Assembly (NCBI RefSeq): GCF_963921235.1
Contig: NC_086097.1
Location: 134,728,001-134,792,000, forward strand
Source of the DNA: Mobula hypostoma
Taxonomy: Eukaryota
Reading direction: 5' to 3'
Length of the DNA: 64,000 bases
Below the pieces are notes generated by a model that made no database searches, was not told the DNA's origin, and saw only the letters and a list, made by a program, of their open reading frames with translations. Of the stretch, positions 38,201-49,560 are shown piece by piece (position 1 is the stretch's first letter; the number at the start of each line of letters is the position of its first letter). The position numbers were made by a program, and so were the translations under genes.

Positions 38201-38630
38201 GTGCGTGATTGGACTGCAGCCTGTGTAGAGTGGCAGCGGGCAAAAATTAACCATCATGTCCAGGCGTCACTGGCACCTTTTGAAGTCCCTGAAATATGGT
38301 TTGACCATGTCAATGTGGACCTTGTTGCTCTTCTCCCCCACCCCCCCAACATGTTTCACACACCTCCTTAACATGTCGGACCATAGCACCAGAGGTCGTC
38401 CTTCTGGCATCGATGATGGGCCACAGATGCTGGCTTGGGTCGCTCGGTTTGGCACCCCATCTGATATTTCCCTTGACTGCAGTCCCCAATTCATATCAGA
38501 CCGCTGGGTTGCGATGGCCCAGAACCTCAGCATTAGGCCACATCACACCACAGCCCAATGGCCTGTGCGAGCGGTTTCACTGCTGCTGTGAGGGATTCCC
38601 AGACGAATGTGTGTTGGCACAATCGTCTCC
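35228..38630 (+). mobile_element. Decayed Ty3/Gypsy LTR retrotransposon (5' LTR, gag, PR, RT, RNase H, partial IN; 3' end lost)
   Basis: LTR tgtagg...cctaca 35228-35374, PBS-like tggtg; gag MSANAVTLKLSEFW at 35418; CDTGA protease; VDLVRGYYQVP, YLDD, TTDTLDYAVGA; integrase FDHVNVDLV. Confidence 0.93.
37581..37829 (-). mobile_element. LINE 3' end fragment inserted in the Gypsy RNase H region
   Basis: (catagt)n tail plus AATAAA on the minus strand; the Gypsy frame LAYI|SEFTTDI resumes after it. Confidence 0.8.
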
Positions 38631-39139
38631 TGTAGGTCTCATGATGTTCCTCCATGTTTTGATGGTCAAAGCGAACATAGAGGGCACTGAGCTCATCTGA
38701 AGTGAAGCCCTGCTGTCGCCTATATCACTTGACTTAAATTTATAAAAGGAGATAATATCCTAGCATTGCCACAACTATTGAGCATCCTTTGTTGATTCAA
38801 GTTTAGTCCGGAATTGCCAGTTTGCCCATGAAATGGCTTTCCAGAGATTGTACCTGGACTTCTTGAATCTTTCTTGGTTATCAAACTTGGATGCCTCTGG
38901 GTCTCATGGTTCATTCAGAGCTTCTTATGGAGGAAGACGGAATAATTTTTGTGGGGACACACTTGCCTACAACTGTTAAAATAAACTTCTTTGAGGCTTT
39001 CAGAGCCCAGTGAAGTCAGTGGCTTGTGTGATGTCCTGCGATATTTGCCTCCTCTCTGCTATATTGACTACGTAGCATCTAGTTGGGCAGCAAAAGGTGT
39101 AGATGGAGGCAATGGAGGGGAGACGAGCTATCGTGAGAC

Positions 39140-39345
39140 CACGAGACAAAGGAGCAGAATTAGGCCATTCTTCCCAACAAGTCTGCTCTGCCATTCCATC
39201 ATGGCTGATTTATTATCCCTTTCAACCCCAAAGTCCTGCCTTCTCCCTGTAACCTTTGACACCATAACTAATCAAGAACCTATCGACCTCCACCTCAAAT
39301 ATGCGCAATAACTTGGCCTCCACAGCTGCCCGCGGGAATGATTTG
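39140..39345 (-). mobile_element. CR1 3' fragment
   Basis: ggagcagaattaggccatt...catggctgattt CR1 tail in reverse. Confidence 0.7.
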
Positions 39346-40597
39346 AATCTAGTTCATGACTCATTTTGTCACTGTTAACCAAAGCATGAATATCACTCTC
39401 ATTGTGACCAGTACAGCCACGTATCTTGTCCTCTTCCCCCCCCCCCCGACCTTCTTATTCTACCATCTTCCCCCTTCCTTTCCAGCCAGGAGAAGGGTCT
39501 TGGCCCAAAACAACAGCCATTCATTGATTTCCATAGATAGACTGAGCTATATTCACAACTCTGCAATATCTTGTGGTCTAGGGATGAAAAGTTGCTATTT
39601 CATCTGTAAAAGATGGGGAAGATTATGCCGAAGCCCCCTGAGCACATTAACTCATTCTTTATTTTGTTTACCTCACATCATCTCCGCTACTTTTGACTGC
39701 CACCTTACACCTCCACTCTCTGGTTACTTTCCCTTCCAGCCGGCCTGGTGGTTTGAACAATGCTGGATTTACAATTGCAAAGACGCATTTGATTAGGTTA
39801 CTGGAAAATGAAGGGGAATGGCTTTGATTTGATTGTTTTTGGAGCCAGCGTAGATGCTAGAGGTTGCAAAGCCTCTTTCTATGCCATAAGGAAATGAGTA
39901 TGAATGTGAAGTTGATTGTATCAATTTATTTCCTCTCACGTATCAGACAGTGGATTGTTGTCTTCCTGTATCCTGAGCAGCAAGTGTTCTGGTGGATCAA
40001 CACTCTCCATTTCTATCCATATTTCCATACATTCTAATGACATAGGAGACCATTGAGCCCATCAAAATTTATGCCAGCTCACAGAATAACCCTACTACCC
40101 CACTAGTTTTCCCAGTAACCTCACTACTCACTACATCCATTCATAGAGTTCTACAGTGCAGAATCAGGCCTTTTGGTTTGAAGGTATTTGACACCTGCAG
40201 CTTCCCATCTGTTCATGCCTACCCCATGGTAACAGCAGGCATTGCCTGTTTGTAACACTTCGCATCCTAGCAACATCAGACAGTAAAGAGAAACAAGGTG
40301 CGTTCACCAGCAACTTTGATGTATGTTGCTTGAATTTCCAGCATCTGCAGAATTCCTGTTGTTTGCCTGATAACATGGTAGCCATCAATAGTTAAATAAG
40401 TCAAAGGCATTCTTTGGCCAAAGATCTTGTTGATGCCATTAGTACCTTACTCTCTCAATAGCCTGTAAAAATGCTTTTCTTACATGGTGACTGATATGAG
40501 TCCTTGCAGTGCCATTTTATGTTCATTTTCCATCATCAGAAATTCTTGCTTCGTTAGAACATTTGCACGCTGTGAAAATGACATTGCTTGTCATGCA

Positions 40598-42763
40598 TAA
40601 ACACAAGGAATTCTGCAGATGCTGGAAATTCAAGCAACACACATCAAAGTTGCTGGTGAACACAGCAGGCCAGGCAGCATCTCTATGAAGAGGTACAATC
40701 AATGTTTCAGGCCAAGACCCTTTGTCAGGACTAACTGAAGGAAGAGCTAGAAAGAGATTTAAAAGTGGGAGGGGGAGAGGGAGATCCAAAATGATAGGAG
40801 AAGACAGGAGGGGGAGGGATGGAGCCAAGAGCTGGACAGGTGATTGGCAAAAGGGATATGAGAGGATCATGGGAGAGGAGACCCAGGGAGAAGGTAAAAG
40901 GGGAGGGGGGTAAAAAATCAGAGGATGGGCAAGGGGCATAATTTGAGGGACAGAGGGAGAAAAAAGAGAGAGAGAAAGAATGTGTGTATATAAATAAATA
41001 ATGGATGGGGTACGAGGGGGAGGTGGGGCATTAGCGGAAGTTAGAGAAGTCGATATTCATGCCATCAGGTTGGAGGCTACTCAGACGGAATATAAGGTGT
41101 TGTTCCTCCAACCTGAGTGTGGCTTCATCTTTACAGTAGAGGAGGCCGTGGATAGACATGTCAGAATGGGAATGGGATGTGGAATTAAAATGTGTGGCCA
41201 CTGGGAGATCCTGCTTTCTCTGGTGGACAGAGCGTAGGTGTTCAGCAAAACGATCTCCCAATCTGCATCGGGTCTCGCCAATATATAAAAGGCCACATCG
41301 GGAGCACCGGACGCAGTATATCACCCCAGTCAACTCACAGGTGAAGTGATGCCTCACCTGGAAGGACTGTCTGGGGCCCTGAATGGTGGTAAGGGAGGAA
41401 GTGTAAGGGCATGTGTAGCACTTGTTCTGCTTACAAGGATAAGTGCCAGGAGGGAGATCAGTGGGGAGGGATGGGGGGGGTCGAGTGGACAAGGGAGTCG
41501 CGTAGGGAGTGATCCCTGCGGAAAGCGGGGGGGGGGGAGGGAAAGATGTGCTTAGTGGTGGGATCCCGTTGGAGGTGGCGGAAGTTACGGAGAATAATAT
41601 GTTGGACCCGGAGGCTGGTGGGGTGGTAGGAGGATGGAGTGAGAGCAGATGTGCGTGAAATGGGGGAGATGCGTTTGAGAGCAGAGTTGATGGTGGAGGA
41701 AGGGAAGCCCCTTTCTTTAAAAAAGGAGGACACCTCCCTCGTCCTAGAATGAAAAGCCTCATCCTGAGAGCAGATGCGGCGGAGACGGAGGAATTGTGAG
41801 AAGGGGATGGCATTTTTGCAAGAGACAGGGTGAGAAGAGGAATAGTCCAGATAGCTGTGAGAGTCAGTAGGCTTATAGTAGACATTAGTAGATAAGCTGT
41901 CTCCAGAGATAGAGACAGAAAGATCTAGAAAGGAGAGGGTGGTGTTGGAAATGGACCAGGTAAACTTGAGGGCAGGATGAAAGTTGGAGGCAAAGTTAAT
42001 GAAGCCAATGAGCTCAGCATGCGTGCAGGAAGCAGCACCAATGCAGTCGTCGATGTAGTGAAGGAAAAGTGGGGGACAGATACCAGAATAGGCACGGAAC
42101 ATAGATTGTTCCACAAAGCCAACAACAATACAGGCATAGCTAGGACCCATACGGGTGCCCATAGCTACAACTTTAGTTTGGAGGAAGTGGGAGGAGCCAA
42201 AGGAGAAATTACTAAGAGTAAGAACTAATTCTGCTAGACGGAGCAAAGTGGTGGTAGAGGGGAACTGATTAGGTCTGGAATCCAAAAGGTAGCGGAGAGC
42301 TTTGAGACTTTCCTGATGGGGGTAGCCTCCAACCTGATGGCATGAACATTGACTTCTCTAACTTCCACTAATGCCCCACCTCCCCCTCGTACCCCATCCG
42401 TTATTTATATTCACACATTCTTTCTCTCTCTCTCCTTTTTCTTCCTCTGTCCATCTGACTATACCCCTTGCCCATCCTCTGGGTTCCCCCCCCCACTTTC
42501 CTTCTCCCTGGGCCTCCTGTCCCATGATCCTCTCATATCCCCTTTGCCAATCACCTGTCCAGCTCTTGGGTCCATCCCTCCCCCTCCTGTCTTCTCCTAT
42601 CATTTTGCATCTCCCCTTCCCCCTCCCCCTTTCAAATCTCTTACTAGCTCTTCCTTCAGTTAGTCCTGACAAAGGGTCTCAGCCCGAATCGTCAACTGTA
42701 CCTCTTCCTAGAGATGCTGCCTGGCCTGCTGCGTTCACCAGCAACTTTGATGTGTGTTGCTTG
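40598..42763 (-). mobile_element. Penelope-like retroelement, 5'-truncated, with ~440-bp inverted pLTR ends and a 14-bp TSD
   Basis: RT VAMGTRMGPSYAC...HYIDDCIG (41458-42285); GIY-YIG GVIYCVRCSRCGLLYIGET...RFAEH (41031-41885); 42322-42763 is the inverse of 40631-41080; TSD ttgcttgtcatgca at 40584-40597 and 42757-42770. Confidence 0.96.
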
Positions 42764-42854
42764 TCATGCAGGTGGCCCTTGTTTCTTTCATTCAGCATTT
42801 AGTGGTTCTGATACCCTGATTTCTGGCATTTGCTTCACTCATTTGTCTCGGCTC

Positions 42855-43085
42855 TCCACGGTAGCAGGGCAGTTAGCACGATGCTATTGCAGCTTGGGGC
42901 ATCGGAGTTAGGAGTTCAATTCCAGTGCCGTCTATAAGGAGTTTGTACGTTCTCTGCATAGGTTTCTTCTGGTTCTTCTGGGTGCTCCGGTTTCCTCCCA
43001 CAGTCCAGTTAGTGGGATAATTGGTCATTGCAAATTGTCCTGTGGTTAGGCTAGAGTTAAATGGATGGATTGAAGGGGTTGCTCC
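42855..43085 (+). mobile_element. V-SINE (HE1-like)
   Basis: tRNA-like head (gagttcaattcc B-box) plus V-domain gggtgctccggtttcctcccacagtcc. Confidence 0.8.
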
Positions 43086-44368
43086 ATGCAAAAATATAAA
43101 TGTGAATCAGATGTACAGCTGGTGGTCTGGAGTGTGGCCAAGTCCAGGGTCTGACAGCTGGAAGCTGGCATCGGGACCCAGAACACCAGGAGACAGGATT
43201 ATGGGTATGTCTGTGGATCGAGCCAGAGTCTAAAGTGCTGAATATTTCCCTCTTCACTTAGGTTCACTGGGCTTCCTGGAAAATTTTATTATTGCTGCAG
43301 TGGAGTATGTAAAAAGCAGTGTGTTAGGCCATGAATTGAAATGATGTCCAATAGTCTGGAATATCTGCTCATACGACACCAAAACCATCAAGGTTCTGGA
43401 TTATTAGAGTTTTACTACTTCACATTAAGATTTCTTCTGTATTTAAGGAATGTACATCATAAGCAATGATGGCATTTATTGTCATTCCCGACTCCTAATT
43501 GCGCAGAAAATCTGGAGTAACACACAACTCAGATCACGTCAGGACAGCAGATTTGTCTCCCAAAAGGCCACGAGTGGACGATTGTCTGCCCTGATAATTC
43601 CGTCATTCTGTGGTCACCCCAATCAATCCCAGCTTTTCATTCCTGATTTATTCCACATTTAAATTCCCCACCTGCCCTTCAAAGGATTTTGAGTTATGAC
43701 TCTACACTGTCAGTCCACATTTTCAAAATAATACCTCAGTAACACAACCTCTAAAATCCCAGATCAATGTACCTGAGCAGCCTTGATGGCATAATAATAA
43801 TGTTAACATAATAAAAGTCAGGTAAGAAACCACGTTTGATTTCTTTTGGCAACTAAGATATTGAAAATTCAGAAAACAGTGTGTGATTTGAGACACCATT
43901 TACTCTTTCATAATATAGATATGGTGATTGATCACCTGGATAATGTAAGTGGGTTTACATTTTCAACAAAATAGCAGGCATTCTTTAACTTAATGCTTTG
44001 TCGATGTCAATAATATTCAAAGGAACATCTTATTCTGTGGGAAGCCCATAAAAATGCTATCCTGACATCATGACAGATTCCTATATTTTTGGTGCTGTTT
44101 TGTCAGATCTGCCAAGAGGAACAGTAATTTTTCTTTTGTTAGAATCTCTGTTCACTGAAAATTATATTGCTTTACCTCCACTGTGAAAGTAGATCTTTGT
44201 TCAACTCAGATATTGGATTCAATATTTCCAGGATAGACGGCTGTGTGTGCTTTCAGGACTTAAGAAGGCACGAGAGAGAGGAGTAGAATTTGGCCTTTCA
44301 GCCCATCAAGTCTGCTGCATGATTTAATAATGGCTGACTTTTTTTCCAAACCAATTCTCCCATTTCAT

Positions 44369-45090
44369 TGACAAGATGGCGCCAGCGACCAACGTGACCA
44401 ATGGCAACCTCTGCGGACAGCTCACAAAACTACATCTACTACTTCTTTTAACTGCGCTTCTTTTCCTGAACTGCCATTGATTGCAGCCTGCAATTTACAT
44501 TTTTATTTTGTACTTTCGGGTCGACTGAGCAATCTGGCACTTTTGCTATCTCCTGGGGAACTCGGTGAGGTTGAGGGTGGAGCGTGCAGCTATCATCTCC
44601 TTAGGGCAGAACGCGAACCCTTGGTTGGCTCCAGTGCTCCTCGCTGATGAAAGTGTTGAGCAAGATTGAAATTAATGAGGATGAGAGAGGAGGACGAGCG
44701 GGTGTTCAGTGTAGTCTGCCTGCTCTTGACTGGTTACCCTGTCGCTGCTGCCGGTGGAAAGTGCAGGTTTGATCACCATGTTGCGGGTCATGGCCATAGG
44801 ACGTATGGGGGGAGGGGGGGTACTCTGAAGTTTGATGTAGTACTGAACACATTGCACAGTTACGTTCTTATGACTCAGTGACTGTGGCTCCTGGACCGTT
44901 TCTGGGACTCGGTGGTTTGACGTTTAATACTTTATTATTTGCTTGCTTTTTGCTGTTTGCGTGATTTCTTTCCTTTTATTGTGCGTTGGGTGTTTGATGT
45001 TCTCTTTAAATGGGGTCCATGGTGTTCTTTTGTTTTATAGCTGCCTGCAGAGGCCAAATCTCTGGGTGTATATTTACTTTGAAACTTTGG
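44369..45090 (+). mobile_element. Non-coding LINE-derived element (YY1-type 5' end plus Rex1-like tail) inserted in a minus-strand CR1 (44270-45550)
   Basis: Starts caagatggcg; ends gctgcctgc...tactttgaaactttg; the CR1 sequence resumes at 45090. Confidence 0.5.
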
Positions 45091-45889
45091 ACTTCTCCCC
45101 ATAACCCTTAAACCCTTTACAAATAAAGAAACTATCAATTTCTGCCTTAAAAGCACCCAATGACTTGGTCTCCACAGCCTTATGTGGCAACGAATCCCAC
45201 ATATTCATCAGCCTCCAGCTGAAGAAATTGCTGATCATCTCAATTTTGACGGGAAGCTATGTTCTCAGATTTTTGACACTCCCACTCTGTCTAGGCCTTT
45301 CTGTATTCAGGTTTCAATGAGAACACCACCCACAACACCACCTCCCCCCCTCCCCATGTCCTGCTGTACTCCATCAAGTACAGGCCCAGAGACATCAAAC
45401 ACTCTTCATACGTTAAACCTTTCAATCTTGAGACCATTCTTCTGAACCCCCTCTGGATCTCTCTATGGCCAAATACGGCCCGACCAATACATTCATATAA
45501 AGTCTCACTAGTACATCCTTGCTGTTATATTCTAGTGCTCTCAAAATGAATTAGTAACCTTTCTTATTCTTTCTAGAAAAAATTGTTCACTCTCTTCTCC
45601 TATCAGATTCCTTCTTCTTTTCCACCTATCACCTGCCACCTTCTCACTCCACCACCCTCCCCACGCAGTAGACTTCACCTACCACCTGCCAGCTAGTACA
45701 CTCCTCGCTCCTCCCCACCCCCCTTCTTATTCTGGCTTCTTCCCCTTTCCTTTCCAGTCCTGATAAAAGGTTGCAGCCCAAAAAATATTGATTATTTATT
45801 CCATTAATGCTGTGTTCTGCCAACATTTTGTGTGTGTTATGTAGAATTTATATTTTGTGTTTTTCTCGTGAATGCTGGTTATATGATTA

Positions 45890-45925
45890 TGTGTGTGTGT
45901 GTGTGTGTGTGGGTGTGTGTGTGTG
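45890..45925. repeat. (TG)n microsatellite
   Basis: Direct dinucleotide run. Confidence 0.9.
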
Positions 45926-46341
45926 ATGCTGCTGCAAGTAAGTTTTGCAATGCACCTGTGCATAATTACAATTTTGACCTCTTAAACATTAAAAGTATTG
46001 ATATTAAAATGTACAACAGATTAACCTGTGAATTTTTAAAATGAAAATTGTAAATATATAACAATAACTACCACTATATTCAGAAAGTTATCCTAAGGAA
46101 GTTCCACTTTTGTTCTGGTAGCAGTATTATTGTGTGAATTTAATTCACCACATAATGCATTTGGTTACTAGATTAGTATTTTACAAAGCAGACAGTTGTT
46201 GTTAAAGCTATGAAATCTCAGCTATACATGCCGCAAGTAACTCTGTTCCATTGATGCAGTTGTGTCTTAAAAATGAGAATGCAATATTTCATTAAAAACA
46301 ATATAATTTTGTGCAATAATTAAGTAAATGTTCAAGATCAT

Positions 46342-46715
46342 CACTCACAGCACGCTGGAGGAACTCAGCAGGTCGGGCAGCATCAGTGGAAACGAGGAGT
46401 CGACGTTTCGGGCCGGAACCCTTCGTCAGGACTGAAGAAAGAAGGAGGGGGAAGGATTTGAAGAATGCTTGTAGGTTCAGTTGAAAAACCAGTAATTTGA
46501 AAGACAAAGGGGTAGGGGAAGGGAAGCAGGGACGTCATAGGCAGGAAAACAATGGGTAGTAGAACAAGGAGGCGGAATCATGAGAGAGGTGATAGGCAGC
46601 TGGGGGAGGGGGCAGAGTGAAATAGGGATAGAGGAAGGGAGGAAGAGGGAATTACCGGAAGTTGGAGAATTCTATGTTCATACCAAGGGGCTGGAAATTA
46701 TCTGCAGACTATTTT
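46342..46715 (-). mobile_element. Young Penelope pLTR insertion with a perfect 14-bp TSD
   Basis: TSD atgttcaagatcat at 46328-46341 and 46716-46729; CpGs retained. Confidence 0.88.
46398..46433 (-). ncRNA. Minimal type I hammerhead ribozyme, intact
   Basis: AGUC-CUGACGA-A-GGG(UUCCGG)CCC-GAAACGUC-GACU: catalytic core, stem I AGUC/GACU, stem II, palindromic ACGU stem III. Confidence 0.85.
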
Positions 46716-47029
46716 ATGTTCAAGATCATACCAAGTGTAATTCACCCACCCCTCTCTGCTTGCTGATCTATAAGAGCTGCCAAGGTCCTGAACTTAAAAA
46801 ATCTCATCCCAGATTTCAAATTCTTTCCTATCCTCATCATGCCCCAAATCTCTAATCGCCTGCAGCCTTTCAAACTTCTCAGGACAAATGGTTCAATAAT
46901 AACATTTACTGATGATAGCAAATATCAAGAGAAAGTAAAACTAACCCTGAGGAAGAATGCAACTTGATGCGAGATGCTCTCAGGAAACGTCAAGAAGTGG
47001 GGTTTGAGTGATAAATGGGCTTTAACACA

Positions 47030-47530
47030 ATTAGTTCCATGGTAGTAAGATTCAAAGGTGGGCAAGTTATGTTCAACTTGTATATATCATTAATTAGGCT
47101 GCATTAATTGTGGAAAACTGCTCTGATCCCTAATCTGCAAGAGAGGCAGTGAAGCATTGGTTGGGCTTACAATAAGGGTAATGCAACTGAGAGATTACAT
47201 CTGTCAGGTTGCGTCTTCTTTATCCCAAGTAGACAGTCAGAATCTTTTCCCAAGGTGAAAGTGTCAACTACGAGAGGGCACGAATTTAAGATGAGAGGCG
47301 AAAAGTATAAAGGAGATGTTCAGGGCAAGTTTTCCTTTAGACAGAGTGTGGTAGTTGCCTGGAACCAGCTTCTAAGGAATATGGGGGAAGCAGTGGTGTT
47401 TAAGTGGCTGTTAAGCAGATCAATATGCAGGGAAAGGAAGGATATAGATCATATACAGGCAGAAAAGGCCTAGGTCAATTTGAAATTTTGTGCTGATGGA
47501 CCAGTTCCTGTGCTGTACTGTTCTATGCTC
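47030..47530 (+). mobile_element. Decayed CR1 3' fragment
   Basis: TRGHEFKMRGEKYKGDVQGKF...VVVAWNQL. Confidence 0.7.
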
Positions 47531-48084
47531 TACATTCTATATTCGAGGAAAGAGACTTCAAGAAAGGGAAGGAGAGCATTAGAGGGAGGTGATGGGCAGG
47601 TCAGGAGATAAGGTGAGAGAGAGAGAAAAACGGGAATGGGGAATGGTAAAGGGGGGAGACGATTACTGGAAGCCCAAGAAATCAATGTTCATGCCATCAG
47701 GTTGGAGACAATGGTGTCGGAGACAATTTTCTGATGGTACGGAGTGGGGTCCTTTTCAAAGGCTAAATAAGAGAATGTGTCTGTGAGTTGCTGTCTGACC
47801 TCAGCAAAGTAGAGGTCACTCTGCCACAAAGTGAAAATGTACAAACTCCCCACAAACAGCACTGGAGGTTAGGATTGAACCTGGATTTCTGCTCTACCAG
47901 ATGCATCACTGGGCCACCCTATCCTTTGCTTTGCCTTGGTGTGATCCCTACTGATCCCTGCTGGCAATATTCTTAGTGTCTAAGATTGCACAGCCCTCTA
48001 AAGTTGTGATCTCCACAGATTTATCACCCTCTGCTCTTCTCAACTCTTGTCCTGGAACCATTCACAGAAGATGGCCACCTCTTT

Positions 48085-48900
48085 GAGGAATCAGAATCAG
48101 GTTTAATGTCAGTGGTATATGTCATGAAATATGTTGTTATGTGGCAGCAGTACATTGCAATACAGAATAATAAAAAACTGTAAATTATATATATTAAAAA
48201 TGTTAGATTCTGTGTGTGTGTGTGCACGCGCGCACGCACTTAACTCTTGGTGGAGTCATCGGGGTGCCATCATGAAAAGCTTTTTGCACCGATCTTTTTG
48301 GTGATTGCTCATCGTACGGCGTGTCTTGGGCATCTGAAACCCTCTCCAGGTTGTTGTTTTTTTTTTTTACGAGGTCGAGTTGTTAGCTCGACACTCAACC
48401 CAGGCATGGATGGAGAGCGTGCAAGGGAGCCGGCCAGATTCGAACTCAGGACCTCTCGCCCCGAAGTCCAGCGCTGATGCCACTACGCCACCGGTCAATA
48501 TAAGTGCAAAAAAAAGAGAGAAAAAGTAGTGAGGTAGAGTTCATGGGTTCAATGTCCGTACAGGAATCTGATGGCAGAGGAGAAGAAGCTATTCCTGAAT
48601 TGTTGAATGTGTGTCTTCAGGCTCTTATACCTCCTCCCTGCTGGTAGCAATGAGAACAGGGCATAGCCTGGGTGATGGGGGTCCTTAATGATGGATGCCG
48701 CCTTTTTGGGGCATCGCCACTCCTTGAAGGTGTCCTGGATGCTTGGGGGTGGGTGTGGCTAGTGCTCATGATGGAGATGACTGAGGTGACAATGTTCTGC
48801 AGCTTATTTTGATCTTCTGCAGTGGCCCCCTCCACCCCCCCCCAAAAAAAAAAACAGACAGTGATGCAGATAGTTAGAATCCTCTCCACGGAATTTGTGA
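48085..48900 (-). mobile_element. Rex1 3' fragment split by a SINE
   Basis: gaatcagaatcagg tail; ILTICITV...AEDQNKLQ in ORF 48617-48925. Confidence 0.75.
48245..48495 (-). mobile_element. tRNA-derived SINE with intact Pol III A and B boxes
   Basis: A box tggcgtagtgg (48480-48490), B box gttcgaatc (48437-48445). Confidence 0.8.
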
Positions 48901-49227
48901 GTGTCTTTTGCAAGGAGAAATCCAATCCAATATCACTTTCTCAAAATCTTGGCCAGTTATCTTTTCCTCAAGTATTCATTTATTCCCCTTTTGAAAGTCA
49001 CAATCTATTCCACATTCACTTGGTATTCAAGTACATCCTGGAATGCAACAAATTTGCTACAGAGATAGGTTGGAATCTGAAAGTTCTCAGAACAATGGAG
49101 TGTTGAGAAGGAAAGTAAATGAGTATGAGCAAAAAAAAAGAGGAACAGGAAGTGAAATTGAGCTGAGGCAGAAGTAATGGGAGGAGATGTGGATCACCAA
49201 CACATTCTAGATGACCAAATGGAGTCA

Positions 49228-49560
49228 GACAGCACAGAAACAAGCCCATTGAGTCCACACCGACCATCAAGCACCCATTTCTACTTGTAGCACTCTAATC
49301 TCATTTTATTCTCCCCACAACCTCATCAACTTCCCCCAGCTTCTACCACTGACTCACACATTGGGGAAAGGTATTGTTCAATTAACCTCTGAACCTGCAC
49401 ACCTTTGGGATGTGGGAGAAAACCAGATCACTGGGGAGAAAAGGCCCCACGCATTCACAGGGAGAGCATGCAAGCTCCACACGGACAGTGCCAGAGGATG
49501 GGATTGAACCCAGGATACTGGAGCTGGGAGGGAGCAATTCTACCAGCCGCAGCATTGTGT
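49228..49560 (-). mobile_element. V-SINE (HE1-like)
   Basis: V-domain revcomp ctttgggatgtgggag..., B-box ggattgaaccc, CR1-like tail. Confidence 0.75.

Noticed and set aside
48420..48495. tRNA gene
   Set aside because: A and B boxes are present, but it continues into a SINE body and tail and has a decayed relative at 7555-7735
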